A DNA stretch of 64,000 nt from Escherichia coli (GTDB lineage: Bacteria > Pseudomonadota > Gammaproteobacteria > Enterobacterales > Enterobacteriaceae), in the NCBI RefSeq assembly GCF_001677475.2, contig NZ_CP015229.1. The stretch is one strand, 5' to 3'. Position 1 is the stretch's first letter, and the number at the start of each line of letters is the position of its first letter. The notes below the pieces were generated by a model that was not told the DNA's origin, ran no database searches, and was given only the letters and a program-made list of their open reading frames with translations. Made by a program: the position numbers and the translations under genes. Below are positions 47,646-61,090 of the stretch, piece after piece.

Positions 47646-48716
47646 ATGCCAAATACATCTATTCAATTATCTCGCTGTAATATTTTACAAAATAATAAAT
47701 TGCAAACAGCAGAAATTTACAAAGAATCACAACAAACCGCGAAACTTGAGATTTTTTGCAATGAGTTTCTAAAAATATCTCAAAGTAGATTCGGGTTATC
47801 AACCTCAGCAGACAACATAGCTAATTTATTGGCTTTTTTCACGAAAGCCTCAGATGAAATTGATAGTATCAAAACCCAAAAAATTGACGTTCACAGTTAT
47901 GGTTTCGTACCAATAAGACATTTTGTCGAGCATGTCATAACGTATAAAAATGAATTTGCAGAAGATTATGAACCCTATACCCTTACCTTTACCCGAGGTG
48001 AAAACAACGAAGGTGTTTTGAGTATCGAAAGCAAAGAAGGGTTTCTTTCAGAAAGAACAATAAATTTAAATGAATATGAAACTGCAATTAACATCATCAA
48101 TGAGCATGTTGCAAAAGAAAATATCAATAACAAGATCCAAACATTGACAGACAAAGACACACCAAAAATAACCAACTCTGACAAAATTTATAAATTTATC
48201 CACGAGTTAAATATAAGAACTCAACTTTACAGCAAGCAAAAAGAATATACAGACCTGCTACTACATTCTGAGAAAAATACAGAATGGTACAAATACACAT
48301 CCTCCGAGGAACGCTATGATGTATTTAAGAATTCTTCTAAAAAAATTGAAAATACCTACAAGCAAATTGTGCAAGCGCAGAAAAAATTGAAGCAAATGAA
48401 ATACATCAATAAATTAAGTGGTGAGCTTATCGATATCGCCGACAAAAAGTTAGCACCATTAATAAATGATAGTTTCAGCTATACACGAGATTTCTTTGCT
48501 TACTCAAAAAATGAAAAAAATATCTTCACATTTGATAATTCTAAGTTTTTAGATCCAAAGGAAAAAGAAGGTTTAATGATACAACACAGCAATGGGCAAC
48601 TGGTTATTACTGGTAAATATTGCCCTGAAGGTATGCAAACAGCATTCACCCAAGAACAATATGATAAATTAATAAGATACATTAATATTTTCTTTACTTT
48701 CCAGAAATGCGAATAA
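47646..48716 (+). CDS. uncharacterised soluble protein (about 356 aa) on an AT-rich single-gene islet; no recognisable domain
   Basis: Uninterrupted 1.1 kb reading frame in about 30% GC DNA, where random frames are stop-rich; AAGGA Shine-Dalgarno 7 nt before ATG at 47646 (the track ORF begins at an upstream TTG at 47610); K/E/N-rich, no signal peptide or TM segment. Confidence 0.7.
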   Translation: MPNTSIQLSRCNILQNNKLQTAEIYKESQQTAKLEIFCNEFLKISQSRFGLSTSADNIANLLAFFTKASDEIDSIKTQKIDVHSYGFVPIRHFVEHVITYKNEFAEDYEPYTLTFTRGENNEGVLSIESKEGFLSERTINLNEYETAINIINEHVAKENINNKIQTLTDKDTPKITNSDKIYKFIHELNIRTQLYSKQKEYTDLLLHSEKNTEWYKYTSSEERYDVFKNSSKKIENTYKQIVQAQKKLKQMKYINKLSGELIDIADKKLAPLINDSFSYTRDFFAYSKNEKNIFTFDNSKFLDPKEKEGLMIQHSNGQLVITGKYCPEGMQTAFTQEQYDKLIRYINIFFTFQKCE

Positions 48717-48903
48717 TACTGTACATTATAAACTGCATTACAATTTATTATTGAGCCCTATTCATACTGTTTAAAGAATAACAATACCCAGTGTTAGCTT
48801 TCCTAACAAATGAGTTTTACGCAAATATGTTGGCATCTTTTTTAACAGGATGCTCAGGTGAATGAATAGAATAACCGGTAGTAGCATTATTTCGCTTTAG
48901 CTG

Positions 48904-48927
48904 AGGATGGCGCATGAACGCCATCCT
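48904..48927 (-). terminator. stem-loop immediately downstream of glpQ
   Basis: Stem aggatggcg / cgccatcct with 6 nt loop, 10 nt past the glpQ stop; no clear U-tract. Confidence 0.45.
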
Positions 48928-48936
48928 GCAGTAGCA

Positions 48937-50013
48937 TTACTCTTTATTAAGGAATTTTACTGCCTTATCAGGGAAATCAGTAAACAGCCCATTTACACCC
49001 GCTTTGTCATACAGAACATCATATAACTGATTCACATCAGTAGTGTATTCAGGCAGTTTATCTGACCGCACGGTATAAGGATGCACTACCAGTTTATTCT
49101 GCTGAGCATCTTGCACCATGCCAGTGAGTTTGATATTACCCGGCTGCGATGTCTCCTCAATCAACATATGGTAATCCGGGCCAATACCATCTGCATATTC
49201 CGCCACCTGTTTCATGGCACCCGGCTTAAACATCCAGTCGTAGTTGTAATTAACCCAGCTTCCGTCCGGCTGTTTCTGCTGCGTTTCATTCCAGTCGGTA
49301 TAGGCAATCAGCTGTACCAGATTGAGATCCATGCCCATTTTAGGTTCCAGCTCATTCTTAATACGCTTCAGCTCATCAGCATCAAAACATTGTAAATAAA
49401 CTTTGTCGTCCTTACCGGTGTAACCATATTTCTTCAGCACTTCCAGCGTTTTTGCCGCAATATCCTTCCCTTCCTGATGATGGAACCACGGTGCTTTAAT
49501 TTCTGGATAGATACCGATATTTTTCCCGGTAGAGTGATTTAACCCCTGAACAAATTCAATCTCTTCTTCAAAGGTGTGCACCCGGAAGTCGGACTTACCC
49601 ATTGGGAAACGCCCCGGATAAGTCTGCACTTTTTTACCGTTTTCAATATCGAAACCTTCGGTAAATTTCAGCGACTTAATTTCATCCAGCGTGAAATCTA
49701 TCGCGTAGTAACGACCGTCTTTGCGCGCCCGATCCGGGAAACGATCGGCAACATCAGTAACACGATCGAGGTAATGGTCATGCAGAACAACCAGATGGTC
49801 GTCTTTGGTCATCACCAAATCCTGTTCCAGATAATCCGCTCCCTGCGCATACGCCATCGCTTTTGCTGGCAGCGTATGCTCCGGCAAATATCCACTGGCA
49901 CCGCGATGGGCGATGACTATTTTTTCGTTGCTGTCCGCCGCCATTGCACTGCTTCCCATGACTATAGTGCTCATCATGATCGCCATGCTAAGGTTTTTCA
50001 GCGTCAATTTCAT
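48937..50013 (-). CDS. glpQ: periplasmic glycerophosphodiester phosphodiesterase
   Basis: Start at MKLTLKNLSMAIMMSTIVMGSSAMA signal peptide, followed by HRGASGYLPEHT active-site region; track N-terminal extension rejected. Confidence 0.95.
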   Translation of the reverse strand: MKLTLKNLSMAIMMSTIVMGSSAMAADSNEKIVIAHRGASGYLPEHTLPAKAMAYAQGADYLEQDLVMTKDDHLVVLHDHYLDRVTDVADRFPDRARKDGRYYAIDFTLDEIKSLKFTEGFDIENGKKVQTYPGRFPMGKSDFRVHTFEEEIEFVQGLNHSTGKNIGIYPEIKAPWFHHQEGKDIAAKTLEVLKKYGYTGKDDKVYLQCFDADELKRIKNELEPKMGMDLNLVQLIAYTDWNETQQKQPDGSWVNYNYDWMFKPGAMKQVAEYADGIGPDYHMLIEETSQPGNIKLTGMVQDAQQNKLVVHPYTVRSDKLPEYTTDVNQLYDVLYDKAGVNGLFTDFPDKAVKFLNKE

Positions 50014-50017
50014 GCCA

Positions 50018-51376
50018 TTAGCCTCCGTTGCGTTTTTGCAGTAATTCCTGATGGCGACGTTTTTCACCAATCATCACAACAATCAACAAGATAACCGCCA
50101 GAATGCTGCCGCCAATCATTACCATAAAGCCGCCATCCCAGCCGAAGAAGTCCACGGTGTAGCCAACAATCGCGCTCGCCGCCACCGAACCGCCCAGGTA
50201 ACCAAACAGACCGGTAAAGCCCGCTGCCGTACCTGCCGCTTTTTTCGGTGCCAGTTCCAGCGCATGCAGACCGATCAGCATCACAGGACCGTAGATCAGG
50301 AAGCCGATAACAATCATACAAATCATATCGACGGTTGGGTTACCTGCCGGGTTCATCCAGTAAACGATAGTCGCGATGGTCACCAGTGTCATAAAGAAGA
50401 CGCCGGTTGCCCCACGGTTACCGCGGAAGACTTTATCCGACATCCAGCCGCACAGCAGAGTGCCCGGAATACCTGCATATTCATAAAGGAAGTAGGCCCA
50501 TGAGGATTTATCCAGCGCGAAGTGCTTAACCTCTTTCAGATAAGTCGGTGACCAGTCGAGGATGCCGTAACGCAGCAGATAAACGAACACGTTGGCGATG
50601 GCGATATACCACAGCAGTTTGTTCGGCAGCACGTACTGCATGAAGATTTGCTTCGCAGTCAGCTCCTGTTCCGCTTTTTCGTTATAGTCGTCTGGATAAT
50701 CATTTTTGTACTCTTCGATCGGCGGCAGGCCACAGGATTGCGGGGTATCGCGCATCATCGCAAAGGCGAATAATGCCACCAGAATGGCGCAGAAAGCGGG
50801 CATATAGAGCGCCGCGTGCCAGTCATTGAACCAGGCCATCCCCAGCAGGAACAGCAGCGGCGGAATACCACCACCGACGTTGTGCGCACAGTTCCACACT
50901 GACACAATGCCGCCACGTTCTTTCTGCGACCACCAGTGCACCATAGTACGACCACACGGCGGCCACCCCATCCCCTGGAACCAACCGCAGAGGAACAGAA
51001 GTACAAACATCACCGCAATGCTCGACGTCGCCCATGGCACAAAGCCCATAAACAACATCACTGCCGCCGCCAGAATCAAACCTGCGGGCAGGAAAACGCG
51101 CGGATTCGAGCGATCCGATACCGAACCCATGATGAATTTCGAAAATCCATAAGCAATCGAGATCCCCGAAAGGGCAAAACCTAAATCACCGCGTGAGAAT
51201 CCCTGCTCAACCAAATAAGGAATAGCGAGCGCAAAGTTCTTACGAACCAAATAGTAAGCAGCATAACCAAAGAATATCCCCAGGAAAATTTGCCAGCGCA
51301 ATCGACGATAAGTCGGATCGATCTCCGCGGCAGGTAAGCGCGCTTTGTGTGGCGCTGGTTTAAAAATACTCAACAT
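50018..51376 (-). CDS. glpT: glycerol-3-phosphate:phosphate antiporter (MFS)
   Basis: 452 aa 12-TM ORF starting [31 protein letters not shown]. Confidence 0.96.
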   Translation of the reverse strand: MLSIFKPAPHKARLPAAEIDPTYRRLRWQIFLGIFFGYAAYYLVRKNFALAIPYLVEQGFSRGDLGFALSGISIAYGFSKFIMGSVSDRSNPRVFLPAGLILAAAVMLFMGFVPWATSSIAVMFVLLFLCGWFQGMGWPPCGRTMVHWWSQKERGGIVSVWNCAHNVGGGIPPLLFLLGMAWFNDWHAALYMPAFCAILVALFAFAMMRDTPQSCGLPPIEEYKNDYPDDYNEKAEQELTAKQIFMQYVLPNKLLWYIAIANVFVYLLRYGILDWSPTYLKEVKHFALDKSSWAYFLYEYAGIPGTLLCGWMSDKVFRGNRGATGVFFMTLVTIATIVYWMNPAGNPTVDMICMIVIGFLIYGPVMLIGLHALELAPKKAAGTAAGFTGLFGYLGGSVAASAIVGYTVDFFGWDGGFMVMIGGSILAVILLIVVMIGEKRRHQELLQKRNGG

Positions 51377-51648
51377 TGATAGCCTCCGTGGCCCGTGATC
51401 TTATTTATGATTAACAGCCTGATTCAGTGGGAGAACCTGCCGTTTCTTGAGTTGCCGCGATGTTAAGAAAACATTCATAAATTAAATGTGAATTACCGCA
51501 CACATTATTAAATACGATGGTGAAAATGTTCAGAATGACGCATGAAATCACGTTTCACTTTCGAATTATGAGCGAATATGCGCGAAATCAAACAATTCAT
51601 GTTTTTACTATGGCTAAATGGTAAAAAACGAACTTCAGAGGGATAACA
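51377..51648. promoter_or_regulatory. divergent glpTQ / glpABC control region (GlpR operators, CRP)
   Basis: Intergenic spacer with repeated aatgttcag / tgcgcgaa operator-like motifs; established glp regulon architecture. Confidence 0.6.
51486..51501. promoter_or_regulatory. candidate CRP site
   Basis: TGTGA-attacc-GCACA, one mismatch to TGTGA-N6-TCACA. Confidence 0.55.
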
Positions 51649-55713
<4,065 letters not shown>

Positions 55714-55720
55714 TCTTCAC

Positions 55721-55746
55721 TGGCAGGACGTGAAAACCTCCTGCCA
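55721..55746 (+). terminator. stem-loop after glpC
   Basis: tggcagga / tcctgcca stem 8 nt after the glpC stop; weak T-tract. Confidence 0.4.
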
Positions 55747-56085
55747 TTCATATCCACGCTGAATATTTCAGAATAACTGCTCTCTATTTTTTTACTTAAC
55801 TTCACATTTCCATGTATTGACACTCGCTATCTAAAAGTAGCTTTATTATGTCCCTTCAGAAACTAATTGATATAAATAATAATATTCACCACCACATTAC
55901 CTAAAAGAATAATAATATACGATTATTAAAAATTAAACATATTCACCAGCATTATATGTTTAGAATTACTTTGATAGTTCCCGCAAAAAAAATGTTTATA
56001 AATATTTATTTGCGTATATAATCCCGTCTGTTTAATATATTAAAAACATAATATTATTCCATTCATCAATATAAAAGGAACTTAA

Positions 56086-56676
56086 GTGAAAGCAAAAATT
56101 CTCATTCCATCGTTATCTGTTCTCTTGATGGGTATATCGGCTTTAAGTTATGCGGACACTCCTGCCGGTAAAGTTCATTTCAATGGGCTAATTACTGCAT
56201 CAACTTGTGACTTAGAGCAAGGTACAGGCAAGGGACAGAATGACCAGACCGTAACGCTTCAGACAGTGGACGTTGCTGATTTTGGCGCTGCTGTAGGTAA
56301 TGAAGCAGCAAACTCTGCAACAGATTTTAATATTAATCTTACCGGTTGTACGACACAATTAGGTAGCATCAACCTTGAATTTAGCGGTAATACCACCGAT
56401 GCCACCGATAATACAGCCCTGGCAATTGACACCGGTGCAGATAAAGCAACAGGCGTAGGGATTCGTATTTATCGTGAAGGTGCTTCTTCACCGATTAATT
56501 TTGCTACTGATCGTACCGATGCAGAAAGCTCTGCGGTAACACTTTCATCCATTAGCCCAACCAATGGTGATGGCAAGCATAGCTTTAATTATAAAGCGGT
56601 TTATGTCAGAACAGCAGATACAATTACTGAAGGTCAGGGTAACGCGACTGCGGATTATCGTATCGCTTACTATTAA
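56086..56676 (+). CDS. fimbrial major subunit (chaperone-usher pilin)
   Basis: 196 aa; GTG start with AAAAGGA Shine-Dalgarno; signal peptide; Cys pair typical of type 1-like pilins; C-terminal donor-strand-like YRIAYY. Confidence 0.8.
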   Translation: MKAKILIPSLSVLLMGISALSYADTPAGKVHFNGLITASTCDLEQGTGKGQNDQTVTLQTVDVADFGAAVGNEAANSATDFNINLTGCTTQLGSINLEFSGNTTDATDNTALAIDTGADKATGVGIRIYREGASSPINFATDRTDAESSAVTLSSISPTNGDGKHSFNYKAVYVRTADTITEGQGNATADYRIAYY

Positions 56677-56733
56677 TGATATATTTCAAAGGGGTGAAAT
56701 TACTACACCCCTTAATTACTAAAGTAAAAATGC

Positions 56734-57438
56734 ATGAAAAAATACTCTTTATTACTGATTGTATTATTTGCCAACATTGCTTACGGGGGAGTGGTTATTC
56801 GGGGAACAAGAATTATTTACCCGTCCACGGCGCGGGAAATCCCTGTAGAAGTGACGAATCAAGATAAAGAGCGTTCATACCTTGTTCAGGCCTGGATGAG
56901 TGACTTTGCCAATGATGCAAATAAGAAAACGCCATTTGTACTCACTCCGCCGTTAGTTAAACTGGAAGCTCAGAAAAACACGCTTTTCCGCTTAATCTAT
57001 ACCGGTACGCAAAAATTGCCGGAGGATCGTGAATCCATTTTTTGGCTAAATGTAAAATCCATTCCTGGGATGTCAGAAGAGTCTTCACAGGTGCCGAATC
57101 AACTGCAATTTGCCGTTCAGAGCCAGCTCAAAGTTTTTTATCGTCCGCTGGGGCTTGCTGATGATGCCAATACCGCCTATAGCAAAATCGCTTTCCGGAT
57201 ACAAGGCAACAGGCTAATCGCCAAAAACCCAACACCTTACTTTGTCACCTTCCGCACTCTGGCAGTGAATGGTAAGCCCGTATCGTATAAAGGAAACGGC
57301 GTTGTGAAAATGATGCTCAATCCATTTGGCGAGCAAACATATACTCTGACCGCATCCTCTTCTGAAAACAATAGTGTTGAATGGTCAGCAATAAATGATT
57401 ACGGCGGTACGACAAATACCATAAAGACCCGGTTATAA
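56734..57438 (+). CDS. periplasmic fimbrial chaperone (PapD/FimC-like)
   Basis: 234 aa with signal peptide and conserved N-terminal chaperone motif (GTRIIYP...); between pilin and usher genes. Confidence 0.85.
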   Translation: MKKYSLLLIVLFANIAYGGVVIRGTRIIYPSTAREIPVEVTNQDKERSYLVQAWMSDFANDANKKTPFVLTPPLVKLEAQKNTLFRLIYTGTQKLPEDRESIFWLNVKSIPGMSEESSQVPNQLQFAVQSQLKVFYRPLGLADDANTAYSKIAFRIQGNRLIAKNPTPYFVTFRTLAVNGKPVSYKGNGVVKMMLNPFGEQTYTLTASSSENNSVEWSAINDYGGTTNTIKTRL

Positions 57439-57499
57439 GCGCAATAGATTGTTCAGGAAAACGACAGGAATTATCTCGTACAAGGAAAGTAATAATAAC

Positions 57500-59986
57500 A
57501 TGAACTCCTTACATCTATTTTGTTTGCATGTTGTTGTAACAATAGTGCCATTGACACTGTTACAAAACAGTTACGCCCGCGAGGTGTTTAATTACAAACT
57601 TTTAGAGTCAGGGGCTTCAGAAAGCGAACTGGAAGCCATTAAAAATTTTGACAAAAATGATGGCCTGGTGCCCGGTAAATATCGGGTCGATGTTTTTATG
57701 AATAATCAACGCATTACACGTAAAGATATTGATTTTGTCGTTGATGATAAAGCGAACAAACTCTTACCTGTGTTAAGCAAAAAAGAGTATATCGCTATGG
57801 GGGTTGCCGATAGCCCCTCCGCGTCATTTGCCACGCTGGCAAATGACGATATCGTGACGAATTTAGAAAATTATATTCCCTTTTCATCAGTGCGCTTTGA
57901 GCAAAGTTCGCTGCGTCTGTATCTGTCAGTTCCACAACTGGCGATGAACAATGCCGCAAACGGGTATATTGATCCGGTTTTATGGGATAATGGATTGCCT
58001 GCGTTGTTTACAAATTACTATTTTAGCGGCTCACATAATTGGCAAGATGGTCGTTCAGATAATAGTTCATATCTTAATCTGAATAATGGTATTAATCTTG
58101 GTCCCTGGCGTTTAAGAAATAACATTAATTATAACGATGGCACCTGGCAAAATATTGATACCTATATCTGGCGAAATATCCCTGCGTTAACCAGCAAACT
58201 CATTCTTGGCGATACCTGGACAGATTCAGCCGTTTTCGATAGTTTCCAGTTTCGCGGGGTAAAACTGGAAAGTAATGAAAATATGCTTCCTTACAGCATG
58301 AGAGGTTTTGCCCCCGTTATTCGCGGCGTTGCCAAAAGCAATGCGCAAGTGACGATTCGACAAAATAATTATATTATTTACCAAAGTACGGTATCCCCAG
58401 GTCCTTTCGAATTACATGATGTCTCTCCTGTTTCTTCTGGTGGGGATATGGAAGTCACGGTAAAAGAATCTGATGGTAGCGAACAAAAATATATTCAGGC
58501 ATCAGCTTCAATTCCTGTCATGCGCCGAGAAGGAGCCATGTCTTATAGTTTATCTGGCGGAGAATATCGCTCATCTGATAACTCCCATGATAAACCCGGC
58601 TTTGCTCAGGCGACGCTGATTTACGGTTTACCTGCAGGCATTACCCTCTATGGTGGCACAATTTTTGCCAGTGATTATCGTTCTGGCGCATTAGGTGCGG
58701 GTGTCGATTTACAACACTTTGGCTCGCTTTCAGCAGACATTACTCGTTCATATAGCCAGACGGTTGATGACAGTTCACAACAAGGACAATCTTACCGATT
58801 GCTTTACTCGAAAAATTTCTCCAGCACTGAAACGAATATCACGCTTGCTGGCTACCGTTATTCCACAGAGAATTTCTATACCTTTAGCGAAGCACAAAAT
58901 AATAAAGAGTATGATGAGGACGACGCGTTTTCATACCGTAACAACTATAACCGCCATCGTCGGTTACAACTTACCATTAATCAGGCGATCCCCTCGTTTG
59001 GTCAGTTCAATATTTCAGGCTATCAACAAGATTATTGGGGACTCGGGGGTAAAGAGCGCAGCCTCAGCGTAGGGTATAGTCATAGTTGGGAAAATGTGAG
59101 TTTTAGCCTAAGTTATTTACTGACACGAATGCCAGACAATAATAAGAACGATCAACAACTCTCACTTTCTGTCAGCGTTCCACTAGGAAAATGGTTACCT
59201 GGTGCGCATGTTAATTACAATAACACCAGCAGTAATAGCGGTCACACTTTAAACAGTGTGGCGCTTAACGGTACTGCGCTGGAAGATAATAATCTCAGTT
59301 ATAGTCTGCAACAAAGTCATGGCGATCAAGGTTATGGTGGCAATACGTCACTCAGTTATCGCTCCAGTAAAGGCGTAATAGGCGCAGGCTGGAACTATAG
59401 TCAGGATCAACGGCAATTAAATTACAATATGCAGGGCGCAATTGTTCTGCATCCGTATGGATTAACCCTTGCCCAGTCTTTAGGTGAATCATCGATTCTG
59501 GTGCGCGCCCCTGATGCCAGTGGGCTGGGCATTAACAGAGGAACGTCGGTTTATACCGACTGGCGAGGATACTCCATCATCCCTTACGCATCAGCATTTC
59601 AGCGCAACCGTATCGCCATCAATACGCAAACCTTGCCGTCAAATGTTGAAATACCGGAACCGGTACAAGAAGTTATTCCTACGGAAGGCGCATTAGTCGT
59701 AGCCAATTTTTCAACGCGATATGGTCAGAAATTACTTTTAACCTTAATGCATAAAGACAAATTTGTTCCCTTTGGAGCCGTAGTCACTGCTGAAGATGAG
59801 CAAATTTCAACCCTCGTTGGGCGAAACGGTGAAACGTATTTATCCGGCGTACAAGCTAATCAAAAATGGCAAGTCAAGTGGGGAAAATCGGCCACTGAAA
59901 GTTGCCAGGTTCATATATCACCAGAACTACTTCAGACACCGCAAAACATGACTAATCTTATTATTGCCACCGCAGCGTGTGATTAA
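57500..59986 (+). CDS. outer membrane fimbrial usher (FimD/PapC-like)
   Basis: About 829 aa from ATG at 57500 (track ORF starts at upstream TTG); signal peptide, large beta-barrel, C-terminal Cys pair. Confidence 0.85.
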   Translation: MNSLHLFCLHVVVTIVPLTLLQNSYAREVFNYKLLESGASESELEAIKNFDKNDGLVPGKYRVDVFMNNQRITRKDIDFVVDDKANKLLPVLSKKEYIAMGVADSPSASFATLANDDIVTNLENYIPFSSVRFEQSSLRLYLSVPQLAMNNAANGYIDPVLWDNGLPALFTNYYFSGSHNWQDGRSDNSSYLNLNNGINLGPWRLRNNINYNDGTWQNIDTYIWRNIPALTSKLILGDTWTDSAVFDSFQFRGVKLESNENMLPYSMRGFAPVIRGVAKSNAQVTIRQNNYIIYQSTVSPGPFELHDVSPVSSGGDMEVTVKESDGSEQKYIQASASIPVMRREGAMSYSLSGGEYRSSDNSHDKPGFAQATLIYGLPAGITLYGGTIFASDYRSGALGAGVDLQHFGSLSADITRSYSQTVDDSSQQGQSYRLLYSKNFSSTETNITLAGYRYSTENFYTFSEAQNNKEYDEDDAFSYRNNYNRHRRLQLTINQAIPSFGQFNISGYQQDYWGLGGKERSLSVGYSHSWENVSFSLSYLLTRMPDNNKNDQQLSLSVSVPLGKWLPGAHVNYNNTSSNSGHTLNSVALNGTALEDNNLSYSLQQSHGDQGYGGNTSLSYRSSKGVIGAGWNYSQDQRQLNYNMQGAIVLHPYGLTLAQSLGESSILVRAPDASGLGINRGTSVYTDWRGYSIIPYASAFQRNRIAINTQTLPSNVEIPEPVQEVIPTEGALVVANFSTRYGQKLLLTLMHKDKFVPFGAVVTAEDEQISTLVGRNGETYLSGVQANQKWQVKWGKSATESCQVHISPELLQTPQNMTNLIIATAACD

Positions 59987-59990
59987 CATC

Positions 59991-61037
59991 ATGAAGATAA
60001 AAATCATCAGTACTTATAAAGTTACAAGTCGTGAAACGTTATTGCTGCTGGTTATTTTGATAGCAGCCTTTGTTCCTTCTCTTAGTTTCGCTAAAACATG
60101 TAGCTACGCCAGTGGTGGACCGGCATTAGTTTCATTTTCTGATATTTCGATCAATTCTGAATACAATAAAAATACAGCGCCAGGAACCATAATTTTTGAT
60201 CGAAGTTATCATTCCAGTCACTCAGGACAGATCACATGCTCAGACAATTATCCTGATTACAGTGAAGGGTTTGCCACTTCTCCTTCAACTTTAGTCGGCA
60301 GTGATATCTGTTTATTCAATGTACCTTTGACTAATGGAAAAAATTCTGGCATCGGCATTAAAATATTTTACGATTTAAAGAATAATAATACCACCCCAAA
60401 CAATTACTGCATGGAATACCCTAAACGTACCAGCACTGCAAATAAAAACAACTTTTCCGTTGAGGGTAATTTCCGCATACAATTAAAAGTCATCGGGGAA
60501 TTACAGAGTGGTGAAATTGATTTATCTCGTTTTAGTAATGCTGGCATTTGGTGGAATAATATTGAGGCATTTTCTCTCGAATTTAGCAACACCATTATTA
60601 ATCTTCACTCATTGAGCTGCGACCTGAACACGCCTGATGTTCCAGTTTCATTATCACCCGCCGCAGGAATTAATTCCGACATCACCTTCAAAGGGATTAA
60701 CTCCACTTCGGCGCTGGTAGATTTTAATATCGGACTAACGTGTGATCCGGGAACCAATGTCGCCATACGTTTTGAAGGCGATACGGTAAGTGGAAGTAAT
60801 AATTCAATCCTGAAGCTAACTCAACAGAATAATTCTGCCTCTGGGGTTGGCGTACAGATCTTAGATAAGAATAAAAATATTATCCCCCTTAATCAACCTG
60901 ATTACGTTTTACAGTTAAGTAATATTCAGCAATCAGCCACGTCGTTGAATTTTAGTGCGCGATATATTCAGACAGAAAGTAATGTAACGCCAGGAAAAGC
61001 GGATGCGGATGCGACATTTTATCTTTCGTTTCCGTAA
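59991..61037 (+). CDS. fimbrial tip adhesin / minor subunit (two-domain)
   Basis: About 349 aa from ATG at 59991; signal peptide; N/S/T-rich N-terminal domain plus C-terminal pilin-like domain; last gene of operon. Confidence 0.7.
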   Translation: MKIKIISTYKVTSRETLLLLVILIAAFVPSLSFAKTCSYASGGPALVSFSDISINSEYNKNTAPGTIIFDRSYHSSHSGQITCSDNYPDYSEGFATSPSTLVGSDICLFNVPLTNGKNSGIGIKIFYDLKNNNTTPNNYCMEYPKRTSTANKNNFSVEGNFRIQLKVIGELQSGEIDLSRFSNAGIWWNNIEAFSLEFSNTIINLHSLSCDLNTPDVPVSLSPAAGINSDITFKGINSTSALVDFNIGLTCDPGTNVAIRFEGDTVSGSNNSILKLTQQNNSASGVGVQILDKNKNIIPLNQPDYVLQLSNIQQSATSLNFSARYIQTESNVTPGKADADATFYLSFP

Positions 61038-61061
61038 TGAACAGCAATAAACCCGCGAACA

Positions 61062-61083
61062 GGTGCCGGAAGCATCCGGCACC
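61062..61083. terminator. stem-loop between fimbrial adhesin gene and yfaY (convergent)
   Basis: ggtgccgga-agca-tccggcacc hairpin; no U-tract on either strand. Confidence 0.4.
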
Positions 61084-61090
61084 TGGAATA

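Noticed and set aside
48937-50070. N-terminal extensions of track ORFs (glpQ 377 aa, glpC 421 aa, glpB 427 aa, rcsB 231 aa, ubiG 256 aa, eco 169 aa, ccmC 253 aa, napB 156 aa, atoS 612 aa, yfaZ 187 aa)
   Set aside because: The track uses the most upstream alternative start. Internal ATG codons matching the known protein N-termini, with Shine-Dalgarno sequences or operon-overlap geometry, were used instead.
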